From positions 186,001 to 250,000 of the forward strand of contig CAXKVF010000074.1 in the NCBI GenBank assembly GCA_964057225.1: 64,000 nucleotides of DNA, read 5' to 3'. Position 1 is the first letter of the stretch; every line of letters starts with the position of its first letter. The DNA comes from Auanema rhodensis (taxonomy: Eukaryota; Animalia; Nematoda). Below are positions 43,401-58,700 of the stretch, in pieces. The position numbers and the translations under genes are program-made. The notes beneath the pieces were generated by a model. The model did not search any database and was not told the DNA's origin. It saw nothing but the letters and a program-made list of their open reading frames with translations.

Positions 43401-45400
43401 ACACGTGATGTGCACTTGGTATGTAACTCGCTTCACGTGAAAGATAAAGAGATGCGGTTTTCAAAATTAGATTCCCCATGTCCATATTAGTCTAAAACAA
43501 ATTTTTATTGATATTGGTGCATGGTAACCATGACTTTGAAATTTACGTGAACTTTAATTTATGCTAATTAAATGTACACGTGATGTGCACTTGGTATGTA
43601 ACTCGCTTCACGTGAAAGATAAAGAGATGCGGTTTTCAAAATTAGATTCCCCATGTCCATATTAGTCTAAAAACAAATTTTTATTGATATTGGTTCATGG
43701 TAACCATGACTTTGAAATTTACGTGAACTTTAATTTATGCTAATTAAATGTACACGTGATGTGCACTTGGTATGTAACTCGCTTCACGTGAAAGATAAAG
43801 AGATGCGGTTTTCAAAATTAGATTCCCCATGTCCATATTAGTCTAAAAACAAATTTTTATTGATATTGGTGCATGGTAACCATGACTTTGAAATTTACGT
43901 GAACTTTAATTTATGCTAATTAAATGTACACGTGATGTGCACTTGGTATGTAACTCGCTTCACGTGAAAGATAAAGAGATGCGGTTTTCAAAATTAGATT
44001 CCCCATGTCCATATTAGTCTAAAAACAAATTTTTATTGATATTGCTTCATGGTAACCATGACTTTGAAATTTACGTGAACTTTAATTTATGCTAATTAAA
44101 TGTACACGTGATGTGCACTTGGTATGTAACTCGCTTCACGTGAAAGATAAAGAGATGCGGTTTTCAAAATTAGATTCCCCATGTCCATATTAGTCTAAAA
44201 ACAAATTTTTATTGATATTGGTTCATGGTAACCATGACTTTGAAATTTACGTGAACTTTAATTTATGCTAATTAAATGTACACGTGATGTGCACTTGGTA
44301 TGTAACTCGCTTCACGTGAAAGATAAAGAGATGCGGTTTTCAAAATTAGATTCCCCATGTCCATATTAGTCTAAAAACAAATTTTTATTGATATTAGTTC
44401 ATGGTAACCATGACTTTGAAATTTACGTGAACTTTAATTTATGCTAATTAAATGTACACGTGATGTGCACTTGGTATGTAACTCGCTTCACGTGAAAGAT
44501 AAAGAGATGCGGTTTTCAAAATTAGATTCCCCATGTCCATATTAGTCTAAAAACAAATTTTTATTGATATTGGTTCATGGTAACCATGACTTTGAAATTT
44601 ACGTGAACTTTAATTTATGCTAATTAAATGTACACGTGATGTGCACTTGGTATGTAACTCGCTTCACGTGAAAGATAAAGAGATGCGGTTTTCAAAATTA
44701 GATTCCCCATGTCCATATTAGTCTAAAAACAAATTTTTATTGATATTGGTTCATGGTAACCATGACTTTGAAATTTACGTGAACTTTAATTTATGCTAAT
44801 TAAATGTACACGTGATGTGCACTTGGTATGTAACTCGCTTCACGTAAAAGAAAAAGAGATGCGGTTTTCAAAATTAGATTCCCCATGTCCATATTAGTCT
44901 AAAAACAAATTTTTATTGATATTGGTTCATGGTAACCATGACTTTGAAATTTACGTGAACTTTAATTTATGCTAATTAAATGTACACGTGATGTGCACTT
45001 GGTATGTAACTCGCTTCACGTGAAAGATAAAGAGATGCGGTTTTCAAAATTAGATTCCCCATGTCCATATTAGTCTAAAAACAAATTTTTATTGATATTG
45101 GTTCATGGTAACCATGACTTTGAAATTTACGTGAACTTTAATTTATGCTAATTAAATGTACACGTGATGTGCACTTGGTATGTAACTCGCTTCACGTGAA
45201 AGAAAAAGAGATGCGGTTTTCAAAATTAGATTCCCCATGTCCATATTAGTCTAAAAACAAATTTTTATTGATATTGGTTCATGGTAACCATGACTTTGAA
45301 ATTTATGTGAACTTTAATTTATGCTAATTAAATGTACACGTGATGTGCACTTGGTATGTAACTCGCTTCACGTGAAAGAAAAAGAGATGCGGTTTTCAAA

Positions 45401-48400
45401 ATTAGATTCCCCATGTCCATATTAGTCTAAAAACAAATTTTTATTGATATTGGTTCATGGTAACCATGACTTTGAAATTTACGTGAACTTTAATTTATGC
45501 TAATTAAATGTACACGTGATGTGCACTTGGTATGTAACTCGCTTCACGTGAAAGATAAAGAGATGCGGTTTTCAAAATTAGATTCCCCATGTCCATATTA
45601 GTCTAAAAACAAATTTTTATTGATATTGGTGCATGGTAACCATGACTTTGAAATTTACGTGAACTTTAATTTATGCTAATTAAATGTACACGTGATGTGC
45701 ACATGGTATGTAACTCGCTTCACGTGAAAGATGAAGAGATGCGGTTTTCAAAATTAGATTCCCCATGTCCATATTAGTCTAAAAACGAATTTTTATTGAT
45801 ATTGGTTCATGGTAACCATGACTTTGAAATTTACGTGAACTTTAATTTATGCTAATTAAATGTACACGTGATGTGCACTTGGTATGTAACTCGCTTCACG
45901 TGAAAGATAAAGAGATGCGGTTTTCAAAATTAGATTCCCCATGTCCATATTAGTCTAAAAACAAATTTTTATTGATATTGGTTCATGGTAACCATGACTT
46001 TGAATTTTACGTGAACTTTAATTTATGCTAATTAAATGTACACGTGATGTGCACTTGGTATGTAACTCGCTTCACGTAAAAGATAAAGAGATGCGGTTTT
46101 CAAAATTAGATTCCCCATGTCCATATTAGTCTAAAAACAAATTTTTATTGATATTGCTTCATGGTAACCATGACTTTGAAATTTACGTGAACTTTAATTT
46201 ATGCTAATTAAATGTACACGTGATGTGCACTTGGTATGTAACTCGCTTCACGTGAAAGATAAAGAGATGCGGTTTTCAAAATTAGATTCCCCATGTCCAT
46301 ATTAGTCTAAAAACAAATTTTTATTGATATTGGTTCATGGTAACCATGACTTTGAAATTTACGTGAACTTTAATTTATGCTAATTAAATGTACACGTGAT
46401 GTGCACTTGGTATGTAACTCGCTTCACGTGAAAGATAAAGAGATGCGGTTTTCAAAATTAGATTCCCCATGTCCATATTAGTCTAAAAACAAATTTTTAT
46501 TGATATTGGTGCATGGTAACCATGACTTTGAAATTTACGTGAACTTTAATTTATGCTAATTAAATGTACACGTGATGTGCACTTGGTATGTAACTCGCTT
46601 CACGTGAAAGATGAAGAGATGCGGTTTTCAAAATTAGATTCCCCATGTCCATATTAGTCTAAAAACAAATTTTTATTGATATTGGTTCATGGTAACCAAG
46701 ACTTTGAAATTTACGTGAACTTTAATTTATGCTAATTAAATGTACACGTGATGTGCACTTGGTATGTAACTCGCTTCACGTGAAAGATAAAGAGATGCGG
46801 TTTTCAAAATTAGATTCCCCATGTCCATATTAGTCTAAAAACAAATTTTTATTGATATTGCTTCATGGTAACCATGACTTTGAAATTTACGTGAACTTTA
46901 ATTTATGCTAATTAAATGTACACGTGATGTGCACTTGGTATGTAACTCGCTTCAGGTGAAAGATAAAGAGATGCGGTTTTCAAAATTAGATTCCCCATGT
47001 CCATATTAGTCTAAAAACAAATTTTTATTGATATTGGTTCATGGTAACCATGACTTTGAATTTTACGTGAACTTTAATTTATGCTAATTAAATGTACACG
47101 TGATGTGCACTTGGTATGTAACTCGCTTCACGTGAAAGATAAAGAAATGCGGTTTTCAAAATTAGATTCCCCATGTCCATATTAGTCTAAAAACAAATTT
47201 TTATTGATATTGGTTCATGGTAACCATGACTTTGAAATTTACGTGAACTTTAATTTATGCTAATTAAATGTACACGTGATGTGCACTTGGTATGTAACTC
47301 GCTTCACGTGAAAGATAAAGAGATGCGGTTTTCAAAATTAGATTCCCCATGTCCATATTAGTCTAAAAACAAATTTTTATTGATATTGGTGCATGGTAAC
47401 CATGACTTTGAAATTTACGTGAACTTTAATTTATGCTAATTAAATGTACACGTGATGTGCACTTGGTATGTAACTCGCTTCACGTGAAAGATGAAGAGAT
47501 GCGGTTTTCAAAATTAGATTCCCCATGTCCATATTAGTCTAAAAACAAATTTTTATTGATATTGCTTCATGGTAACCATGACTTTGAAATTTACGTGAAC
47601 TTTAATTTATGCTAATTAAATGTACACGTGATGTGCACTTGGTATGTAACTCGCTTCACGTGAAAGATAAAGAGATGCGGTTTTCAAAATTAGATTCCCC
47701 ATGTCCATATTAGTCTAAAAACAAATTTTTATTGATATTGGTTCATGGTAACCATGACTTTGAATTTTACGTGAACTTTAATTTATGCTAATTAAATGTA
47801 CACGTGATGTGCACTTGGTATGTAACTCGCTTCACGTGAAAGATAAAGAAATGCGGTTTTCAAAATTAGATTCCCCATGTCCATATTAGTCTAAAAACAA
47901 ATTTTTATTGATATTGGTTCATGGTAACCATGACTTTGAAATTTACGTGAACTTTAATTTATGCTAATTAAATGTACACGTGATGTGCACTTGGTATGTA
48001 ACTCGCTTCACGTGAAAGATAAAGAGATGCGGTTTTCAAAATTAGATTCCCCATGTCCATATTAGTCTAAAAACAAATTTTTATTGATATTGGTTCATGG
48101 TAACCATGACTTTGAATTTTACGTGAACTTTAATTTATGCTAATTAAATGTACACGTGATGTGCACTTGGTATGTAACTCGCTTCACGTAAAAGATAAAG
48201 AGATGCGGTTTTCAAAATTAGATTCCCCATGTCCATATTAGTCTAAAAACAAATTTTTATTGATATTGCTTCATGGTAACCATGACTTTGAAATTTACGT
48301 GAACTTTAATTTATGCTAATTAAATGTACACGTGATGTGCACTTGGTATGTAACTCGCTTCACGTGAAAGATAAAGAGATGCGGTTTTCAAAATTAGATT

Positions 48401-51400
48401 CCCCATGTCCATATTAGTCTAAAAACAAATTTTTATTGATATTGGTTCATGGTAACCATGACTTTGAAATTTACGTGAACTTTAATTTATGCTAATTAAA
48501 TGTACACGTGATGTGCACTTGGTATGTAACTCGCTTCACGTGAAAGATAAAGAGATGCGGTTTTCAAAATTAGATTCCCCATGTCCATATTAGTCTAAAA
48601 ACAAATTTTTATTGATATTGGTGCATGGTAACCATGACTTTGAAATTTACGTGAACTTTAATTTATGCTAATTAAATGTACACGTGATGTGCACTTGGTA
48701 TGTAACTCGCTTCACGTGAAAGATAAAGAGATGCGGTTTTCAAAATTAGATTCCCCATGTCCATATTAGTCTAAAAACAAATTTTTATTGATATTGGTTC
48801 ATGGTAACCAAGACTTTGAAATTTACGTGAACTTTAATTTATGCTAATTAAATGTACACGTGATGTGCACTTGGTATGTAACTCGCTTCACGTGAAAGAT
48901 AAAGAGATGCGGTTTTCAAAATTAGATTCCCCATGTCCATATTAGTCTAAAAACAAATTTTTATTGATATTGGTTCATGGTAACCATGACTTTGAAATTT
49001 ACGTGAACTTTAATTTATGCTAATTAAATGTACACGTGATGTGCACTTGGTATGTAACTCGCTTCACGTGAAAGATAAAGAGATGCGGTTTTCAAAATTA
49101 GATTCCCCATGTCCATATTAGTCTAAAAACAAATTTTTATTGATATTGGTGCATGGTAACCATGACTTTGAAATTTACGTGAACTTTAATTTATGCTAAT
49201 TAAATGTACACGTGATGTGCACATGGTATGTAACTCGCTTCACGTGAAAGATGAAGAGATGCGGTTTTCAAAATTAGATTCCCCATGTCCATATTAGTCT
49301 AAAAACGAATTTTTATTGATATTGGTTCATGGTAACCATGACTTTGAAATTTACGTGAACTTTAATTTATGCTAATTAAATGTACACGTGATGTGCACTT
49401 GGTATGTAACTCGCTTCACGTGAAAGATAAAGAGATGCGGTTTTCAAAATTAGATTCCCCATGTCCATATTAGTCTAAAAACAAATTTTTATTGATATTG
49501 GTTCATGGTAACCATGACTTTGAATTTTACGTGAACTTTAATTTATGCTAATTAAATGTACACGTGATGTGCACTTGGTATGTAACTCGCTTCACGTAAA
49601 AGATAAAGAGATGCGGTTTTCAAAATTAGATTCCCCATGTCCATATTAGTCTAAAAACAAATTTTTATTGATATTGCTTCATGGTAACCATGACTTTGAA
49701 ATTTACGTGAACTTTAATTTATGCTAATTAAATGTACACGTGATGTGCACTTGGTATGTAACTCGCTTCACGTGAAAGATAAAGAGATGCGGTTTTCAAA
49801 ATTAGATTCCCCATGTCCATATTAGTCTAAAAACAAATTTTTATTGATATTGGTTCATGGTAACCATGACTTTGAAATTTACGTGAACTTTAATTTATGC
49901 TAATTAAATGTACACGTGATGTGCACTTGGTATGTAACTCGCTTCACGTGAAAGATAAAGAGATGCGGTTTTCAAAATTAGATTCCCCATGTCCATATTA
50001 GTCTAAAAACAAATTTTTATTGATATTGGTGCATGGTAACCATGACTTTGAAATTTACGTGAACTTTAATTTATGCTAATTAAATGTACACGTGATGTGC
50101 ACTTGGTATGTAACTCGCTTCACGTGAAAGATGAAGAGATGCGGTTTTCAAAATTAGATTCCCCATGTCCATATTAGTCTAAAAACAAATTTTTATTGAT
50201 ATTGGTTCATGGTAACCAAGACTTTGAAATTTACGTGAACTTTAATTTATGCTAATTAAATGTACACGTGATGTGCACTTGGTATGTAACTCGCTTCACG
50301 TGAAAGATAAAGAGATGCGGTTTTCAAAATTAGATTCCCCATGTCCATATTAGTCTAAAAACAAATTTTTATTGATATTGCTTCATGGTAACCATGACTT
50401 TGAAATTTACGTGAACTTTAATTTATGCTAATTAAATGTACACGTGATGTGCACTTGGTATGTAACTCGCTTCAGGTGAAAGATAAAGAGATGCGGTTTT
50501 CAAAATTAGATTCCCCATGTCCATATTAGTCTAAAAACAAATTTTTATTGATATTGGTTCATGGTAACCATGACTTTGAATTTTACGTGAACTTTAATTT
50601 ATGCTAATTAAATGTACACGTGATGTGCACTTGGTATGTAACTCGCTTCACGTGAAAGATAAAGAAATGCGGTTTTCAAAATTAGATTCCCCATGTCCAT
50701 ATTAGTCTAAAAACAAATTTTTATTGATATTGGTTCATGGTAACCATGACTTTGAAATTTACGTGAACTTTAATTTATGCTAATTAAATGTACACGTGAT
50801 GTGCACTTGGTATGTAACTCGCTTCACGTGAAAGATAAAGAGATGCGGTTTTCAAAATTAGATTCCCCATGTCCATATTAGTCTAAAAACAAATTTTTAT
50901 TGATATTGGTGCATGGTAACCATGACTTTGAAATTTACGTGAACTTTAATTTATGCTAATTAAATGTACACGTGATGTGCACTTGGTATGTAACTCGCTT
51001 CACGTGAAAGATGAAGAGATGCGGTTTTCAAAATTAGATTCCCCATGTCCATATTAGTCTAAAAACAAATTTTTATTGATATTGCTTCATGGTAACCATG
51101 ACTTTGAAATTTACGTGAACTTTAATTTATGCTAATTAAATGTACACGTGATGTGCACTTGGTATGTAACTCGCTTCACGTGAAAGATAAAGAGATGCGG
51201 TTTTCAAAATTAGATTCCCCATGTCCATATTAGTCTAAAAACAAATTTTTATTGATATTGGTTCATGGTAACCATGACTTTGAATTTTACGTGAACTTTA
51301 ATTTATGCTAATTAAATGTACACGTGATGTGCACTTGGTATGTAACTCGCTTCACGTGAAAGATAAAGAAATGCGGTTTTCAAAATTAGATTCCCCATGT

Positions 51401-53672
51401 CCATATTAGTCTAAAAACAAATTTTTATTGATATTGGTTCATGGTAACCATGACTTTGAAATTTACGTGAACTTTAATTTATGCTAATTAAATGTACACG
51501 TGATGTGCACTTGGTATGTAACTCGCTTCACGTGAAAGATAAAGAGATGCGGTTTTCAAAATTAGATTCCCCATGTCCATATTAGTCTAAAAACAAATTT
51601 TTATTGATATTGGTTCATGGTAACCATGACTTTGAATTTTACGTGAACTTTAATTTATGCTAATTAAATGTACACGTGATGTGCACTTGGTATGTAACTC
51701 GCTTCACGTAAAAGATAAAGAGATGCGGTTTTCAAAATTAGATTCCCCATGTCCATATTAGTCTAAAAACAAATTTTTATTGATATTGCTTCATGGTAAC
51801 CATGACTTTGAAATTTACGTGAACTTTAATTTATGCTAATTAAATGTACACGTGATGTGCACTTGGTATGTAACTCGCTTCACGTGAAAGATAAAGAGAT
51901 GCGGTTTTCAAAATTAGATTCCCCATGTCCATATTAGTCTAAAAACAAATTTTTATTGATATTGGTTCATGGTAACCATGACTTTGAAATTTACGTGAAC
52001 TTTAATTTATGCTAATTAAATGTACACGTGATGTGCACTTGGTATGTAACTCGCTTCACGTGAAAGATAAAGAGATGCGGTTTTCAAAATTAGATTCCCC
52101 ATGTCCATATTAGTCTAAAAACAAATTTTTATTGATATTGGTGCATGGTAACCATGACTTTGAAATTTACGTGAACTTTAATTTATGCTAATTAAATGTA
52201 CACGTGATGTGCACTTGGTATGTAACTCGCTTCACGTGAAAGATGAAGAGATGCGGTTTTCAAAATTAGATTCCCCATGTCCATATTAGTCTAAAAACAA
52301 ATTTTTATTGATATTGGTTCATGGTAACCAAGACTTTGAAATTTACGTGAACTTTAATTTATGCTAATTAAATGTACACGTGATGTGCACTTGGTATGTA
52401 ACTCGCTTCACGTGAAAGATAAAGAGATGCGGTTTTCAAAATTAGATTCCCCATGTCCATATTAGTCTAAAAACAAATTTTTATTGATATTGCTTCATGG
52501 TAACCATGACTTTGAAATTTACGTGAACTTTAATTTATGCTAATTAAATGTACACGTGATGTGCACTTGGTATGTAACTCGCTTCAGGTGAAAGATAAAG
52601 AGATGCGGTTTTCAAAATTAGATTCCCCATGTCCATATTAGTCTAAAAACAAATTTTTATTGATATTGGTTCATGGTAACCATGACTTTGAATTTTACGT
52701 GAACTTTAATTTATGCTAATTAAATGTACACGTGATGTGCACTTGGTATGTAACTCGCTTCACGTGAAAGATAAAGAAATGCGGTTTTCAAAATTAGATT
52801 CCCCATGTCCATATTAGTCTAAAAACAAATTTTTATTGATATTGGTTCATGGTAACCATGACTTTGAAATTTACGTGAACTTTAATTTATGCTAATTAAA
52901 TGTACACGTGATGTGCACTTGGTATGTAACTCGCTTCACGTGAAAGATAAAGAGATGCGGTTTTCAAAATTAGATTCCCCATGTCCATATTAGTCTAAAA
53001 ACAAATTTTTATTGATATTGGTGCATGGTAACCATGACTTTGAAATTTACGTGAACTTTAATTTATGCTAATTAAATGTACACGTGATGTGCACTTGGTA
53101 TGTAACTCGCTTCACGTGAAAGATGAAGAGATGCGGTTTTCAAAATTAGATTCCCCATGTCCATATTAGTCTAAAAACAAATTTTTATTGATATTGCTTC
53201 ATGGTAACCATGACTTTGAAATTTACGTGAACTTTAATTTATGCTAATTAAATGTACACGTGATGTGCACTTGGTATGTAACTCGCTTCACGTGAAAGAT
53301 AAAGAGATGCGGTTTTCAAAATTAGATTCCCCATGTCCATATTAGTCTAAAAACAAATTTTTATTGATATTGGTTCATGGTAACCATGACTTTGAATTTT
53401 ACGTGAACTTTAATTTATGCTAATTAAATGTACACGTGATGTGCACTTGGTATGTAACTCGCTTCACGTGAAAGATAAAGAAATGCGGTTTTCAAAATTA
53501 GATTCCCCATGTCCATATTAGTCTAAAAACAAATTTTTATTGATATTGGTTCATGGTAACCATGACTTTGAAATTTACGTGAACTTTAATTTATGCTAAT
53601 TAAATGTACACGTGATGTGCACTTGGTATGTAACTCGCTTCACGTGAAAGATAAAGAGATGCGGTTTTCAAA
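45401..53672 (+). repeat. Nested tandem duplications: 20-monomer block (45401-48920 / 48921-52440) and 12-monomer block (49449-51560 / 51561-53672)
   Basis: The rare markers GCACATGG (T127A) and A35G recur 3520 bp apart. T67A (CCAAGAC) monomers start at 46633, 48745, 50153 and 52265. Confidence 0.8.
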
Positions 53673-54376
53673 ATTAGATTCCCCATGTCCATATTAGTCT
53701 AAAAACAAATTTTTATTGATATTGCTTCATGGTAACCATGACTTTGAAATTTACGTGAACTTTAATTTATGCTAATTAAATGTACACGTGATGTGCACTT
53801 GGTATGTAACTCGCTTCAGGTGAAAGATAAAGAGATGCGGTTTTCAAAATTAGATTCCCCATGTCCATATTAGTCTAAAAACAAATTTTTATTGATATTG
53901 GTTCATGGTAACCATGACTTTGAATTTTACGTGAACTTTAATTTATGCTAATTAAATGTACACGTGATGTGCACTTGGTATGTAACTCGCTTCACGTGAA
54001 AGATAAAGAAATGCGGTTTTCAAAATTAGATTCCCCATGTCCATATTAGTCTAAAAACAAATTTTTATTGATATTGGTTCATGGTAACCATGACTTTGAA
54101 ATTTACGTGAACTTTAATTTATGCTAATTAAATGTACACGTGATGTGCACTTGGTATGTAACTCGCTTCACGTGAAAGATAAAGAGATGCGGTTTTCAAA
54201 ATTAGATTCCCCATGTCCATATTAGTCTAAAAACAAATTTTTATTGATATTGGTGCATGGTAACCATGACTTTGAAATTTACGTGAACTTTAATTTATGC
54301 TAATTAAATGTACACGTGATGTGCACTTGGTATGTAACTCGCTTCACGTGAAAGATGAAGAGATGCGGTTTTCAAA

Positions 54377-54542
54377 ATTAGATTCCCCATGTCCATATTA
54401 GTCTAAAAACAAATTTTTATTGATATTGCTTCATGGTAACCATGACTTTGAAATTTACGTGAACTTTAATTTATGCTAATTAAATGTACACGTTGGTATG
54501 TAACTCGCTTCACGTGAAAGATAAAGAGATGCGGTTTACAAA
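54377..54542 (+). repeat. Second copy of the 166-bp deletion monomer
   Basis: Identical deletion (junction at about 54493) and the same two linked substitutions, 14069 bp downstream of the first copy. Confidence 0.95.
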
Positions 54543-55774
54543 ATTAGATTCCCCATGTCCATATTAGTCTAAAAACAAATTTTTATTGATATTGGTTCAT
54601 GGTAACCATGACTTTGAAATTTACGTGAACTTTAATTTATGCTAATTAAATGTACACGTGATGTGCACTTGGTATGTAACTCGCTTCACGTGAAAGATAA
54701 AGAGATGCGGTTTTCAAAATTAGATTCCCCATGTCCATATTAGTCTAAAAACAAATTTTTATTGATATTGGTGCATGGTAACCATGACTTTGAAATTTAC
54801 GTGAACTTTAATTTATGCTAATTAAATGTACACGTGATGTGCACTTGGTATGTAACTCGCTTCACGTGAAAGATGAAGAGATGCGGTTTTCAAAATTAGA
54901 TTCCCCATGTCCATATTAGTCTAAAAACAAATTTTTATTGATATTGGTTCATGGTAACCATGACTTTGAAATTTACGTGAACTTTAATTTATGCTAATTA
55001 AATGTACACGTGATGTGCACTTGGTATGTAACTCGCTTCACGTGAAAGATAAAGAGATGCGGTTTTCAAAATTAGATTCCCCATGTCCATATTAGTCTAA
55101 AAACAAATTTTTATTGATATTAGTTCATGGTAACCATGACTTTGAAATATACGTGAACTTTAATTTATGCTAATTAAATGTACACGTGATGTGCACTTGG
55201 TATGTAACTCGCTTCACGTGAAAGATAAAGAGATGCGGTTTTCAAAATTAGATTCCCCATGTCCATATTAGTCTAAAAACAAATTTTTATTGATATTGGT
55301 TCATGGTAACCATGACTTTGAAATTTACGTGAACTTTAATTTATGCTAATTAAATGTACACGTGATGTGCACTTGGTATGTAACTCGCTTCACGTGAAAG
55401 ATAAAGAGATGCGGTTTTCAAAATTAGATTCCCCATGTCCATATTAGTCTAAAAACAAATTCTTATTGATATTGGTGCATGGTAACCATGACTTTGAAAT
55501 TTACGTGAACTTTAATTTATGCTAATTAAATGTACACGTGATGTGCACTTGGTATGTAACTCGCTTCACGTGAAAGATGAAGAGATGCGGTTTTCAAAAT
55601 TAGATTCCCCATGTCCATATTAGTCTAAAAACAAATTTTTATTGATATTGGTTCATGGTAACCATGACTTTGAAATTTACGTGAACTTCAATTTATGCTA
55701 ATTAAATGTACACGTGATGTGCACTTGGTATGTAACTCGCTTCACGTGAAAGATAAAGAGATGCGGTTTTCAAA

Positions 55775-58700
55775 ATTAGATTCCCCATGTCCATATTAGT
55801 CTAAAAACAAATTTTTATTGATATTAGTTCATGGTAACCATGACTTTGAAATATACGTGAACTTTAATTTATGCTAATTAAATGTACACGTGATGTGCAC
55901 TTGGTATGTAACTCGCTTCACGTGAAAGATAAAGAGATGCGGTTTTCAAAATTAGATTCCCCATGTCCATATTAGTCTAAAAACAAATTTTTATTGATAT
56001 TGCTTCATGGTAACCATGACTTTGAAATATACGTGAACTTTAATTTATGCTAATTAAATGTACACGTGATGTGCACTTGGTATGTAACTCGCTTCACGTG
56101 AAAGATAAAGAGATGCGGTTTTCAAAATTAGATTCCCCCTGTCCATATTAGTCTAAAAACAAATTTTTATTGATATTGGTTCATGGTAACCATGACTTTG
56201 AAATTTACGTGAACTTTAATTTATGCTAATTAAATGTACACGTGATGTGCACTTGGTATGTAACTCGCTTCACGTGAAAGATAAAGAGATGCGGTTTTCA
56301 AAATTAGATTCCCCATGTCCATATTAGTCTAAAAACAAATTTTTATTGATATTAGTTCATGGTAACCATGACTTTGAAATATACGTGAACTTTAATTTAT
56401 GCTAATTAAATGTACACGTGATGTGCACTTGGTATGTAACTCGCTTCACGTGAAAGATAAAGAGATGCGGTTTTCAAAATTAGATTCCCCATGTCCATAT
56501 TAGTCTAAAAACAAATTTTTATTGATATTGCTTCATGGTAACCATGACTTTGAAATTTACGTGAACTTTAATTTATGCTAATTAAATGTACACGTGATGT
56601 GCACTTGGTATGTAACTCGCTTCACGTGAAAGATAAAGAGATGCGGTTTTCAAAATTAGATTCCCCATGTCCATATTAGTCTAAAAACAAATTTTTATTG
56701 ATATTGGTGCATGGTAACCATGACTTTGAAATTTACGTGAACTTTAATTTATGCTAATTAAATGTACACGTGATGTGCACTTGGTATGTAACTCGCTTCA
56801 CGTGAAAGATGAAGAGATGCGGTTTTCAAAATTAGATTCCCCAAGTCCATATTAGTCTAAAAACAAATTTTTATTGATATTGCTTCATGGTAACCATGAC
56901 TTTGAAATTTACGTGAACTTTAATTTATGCTAATTAAATGTACACGTGATGTGCACTTGGTGTGTAACTCGCTTCACGTGAAAGATAAAAAGATGCGGTT
57001 TTCAAAATTAGATTCCCCATGTCCATATTAGTCTAAAAACAAATTTTTATTGATATTGGTGCATGGTAACCATGACTTTGAAATTTACGTGAACTTTAAT
57101 TTATGCTAATTAAATGTACACGTGATGTGCACTTGGTATGTAACTCGCTTCACGTGAAAGATAAAGAGATGCGGTTTTCAAAATTAGATTCCCCATGTCC
57201 ATATTAGTCTAAAAAAAAATTTTTATTGATATTGGTTCATGGTAACCATGACTTTGAAATTTACGTGAACTTTAATTTATGCTAATTAAATGTACACGTG
57301 ATGTGCACTTGGTATGTAACTCGCTTCACGTGAAAGATAAAGAGATGCGGTTTTCAAAATTAGATTCCCCATGTCCATATTAGTCTAAAAACAAATTTTT
57401 ATTGATATTGGTGCATGGTAACCATGACTTTGAAATTTACGTGAACTTTAATTTATGCTAATTAAATGTACACGTGATGTGCACTTGGTATGTAACTCGC
57501 TTCACGTGAAAGATAAAGAGATGCGGTTTTCAAAATTAGATTCCCCATGTCCATATTAGTCTAAAAACAAATTTTTATTGATATTGGTGCATGGTAACCA
57601 TGACTTTGAAATTTACGTGAACTTTAATTTATGCTAATTAAATGTACACGTGATGTGCACTTGGTATGTAACTCGCTTCACGTGAAAGATAAAGAGATGC
57701 GGTTTTCAAAATTAGATTCCCCATGTCCATATTAGTCTAAAAACAAATTTTTATTGATATTGGTTCATGGTAACCATGACTTTGAAATTTACGTGAACTT
57801 TAATTTATGCTAATTAAATGTACACGTGATGTGCACTTGGTATGTAACTCGCTTCACGTGAAAGATAAAGAGATGCGGTTTTCAAAATTAGATTCCCCAT
57901 GTCCATATTAGTCTAAAAACAAATTTTTATTGATATTGGTGCATGGTAACCATGACTTTGAAATTTACGTGAACTTTAATTTATGCTAATTAAATGTACA
58001 CGTGATGTGCACTTGGTATGTAACTCGCTTCACGTGAAAGATAAAGAGATGCGGTTTTCAAAATTAGATTCCCCATGTCCATATTAGTCTAAAAACAAAT
58101 TTTTATTGATATTGGTTCATGGTAACCATGACTTTGAAATTTACGTGAACTTTAATTAATGCTAATTAAATGTACACGTGATGTGCACTTGGTTTGTAAC
58201 TCGCTTCACGTGAAAGATAAAGAGATCCGGTTTTCAAAATTAGATTCCCCATGTTCATATTAGTCTAAAAACAAATTTTTATTGATATTGCTTCATGGTA
58301 ACCATGACTTTGAAATTTACGTGAACTTTAATTTATGCTAATTAAATGTACACGTGATGTGCACTTGGTATGTAACTCGCTTCACGTGAAAGATAAAGAG
58401 ATGCGGTTTTCAAAATTAGATTTCCCATGTCCATATTAGTCTAAAAACAAATTTTTATTGATATTGGTTCATGGTAACCATAACTTTGAATTTTACGTGA
58501 ACTTTAATTTATGCTAATTAAATGTACACGTGATGTGCACTTGGTATGTAACTCGCTTCACGTGAAAGATAAAGAAATGCGGTTTTCAAAATTAGATTCC
58601 CCATGTCCATATTAGTCTAAAAACAAATTTTTATTGATATTGGTTCATGGTAACCATGACTTTGAAATTTACGTGAACTTTAATTTATGCTAATTAAATG

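Noticed and set aside
43466-43640. 175-bp monomer as a distinct subfamily
   Set aside because: A single 1-bp loss in an A5 run, absent from the paralogous monomer at 57535; may be a sequencing error.
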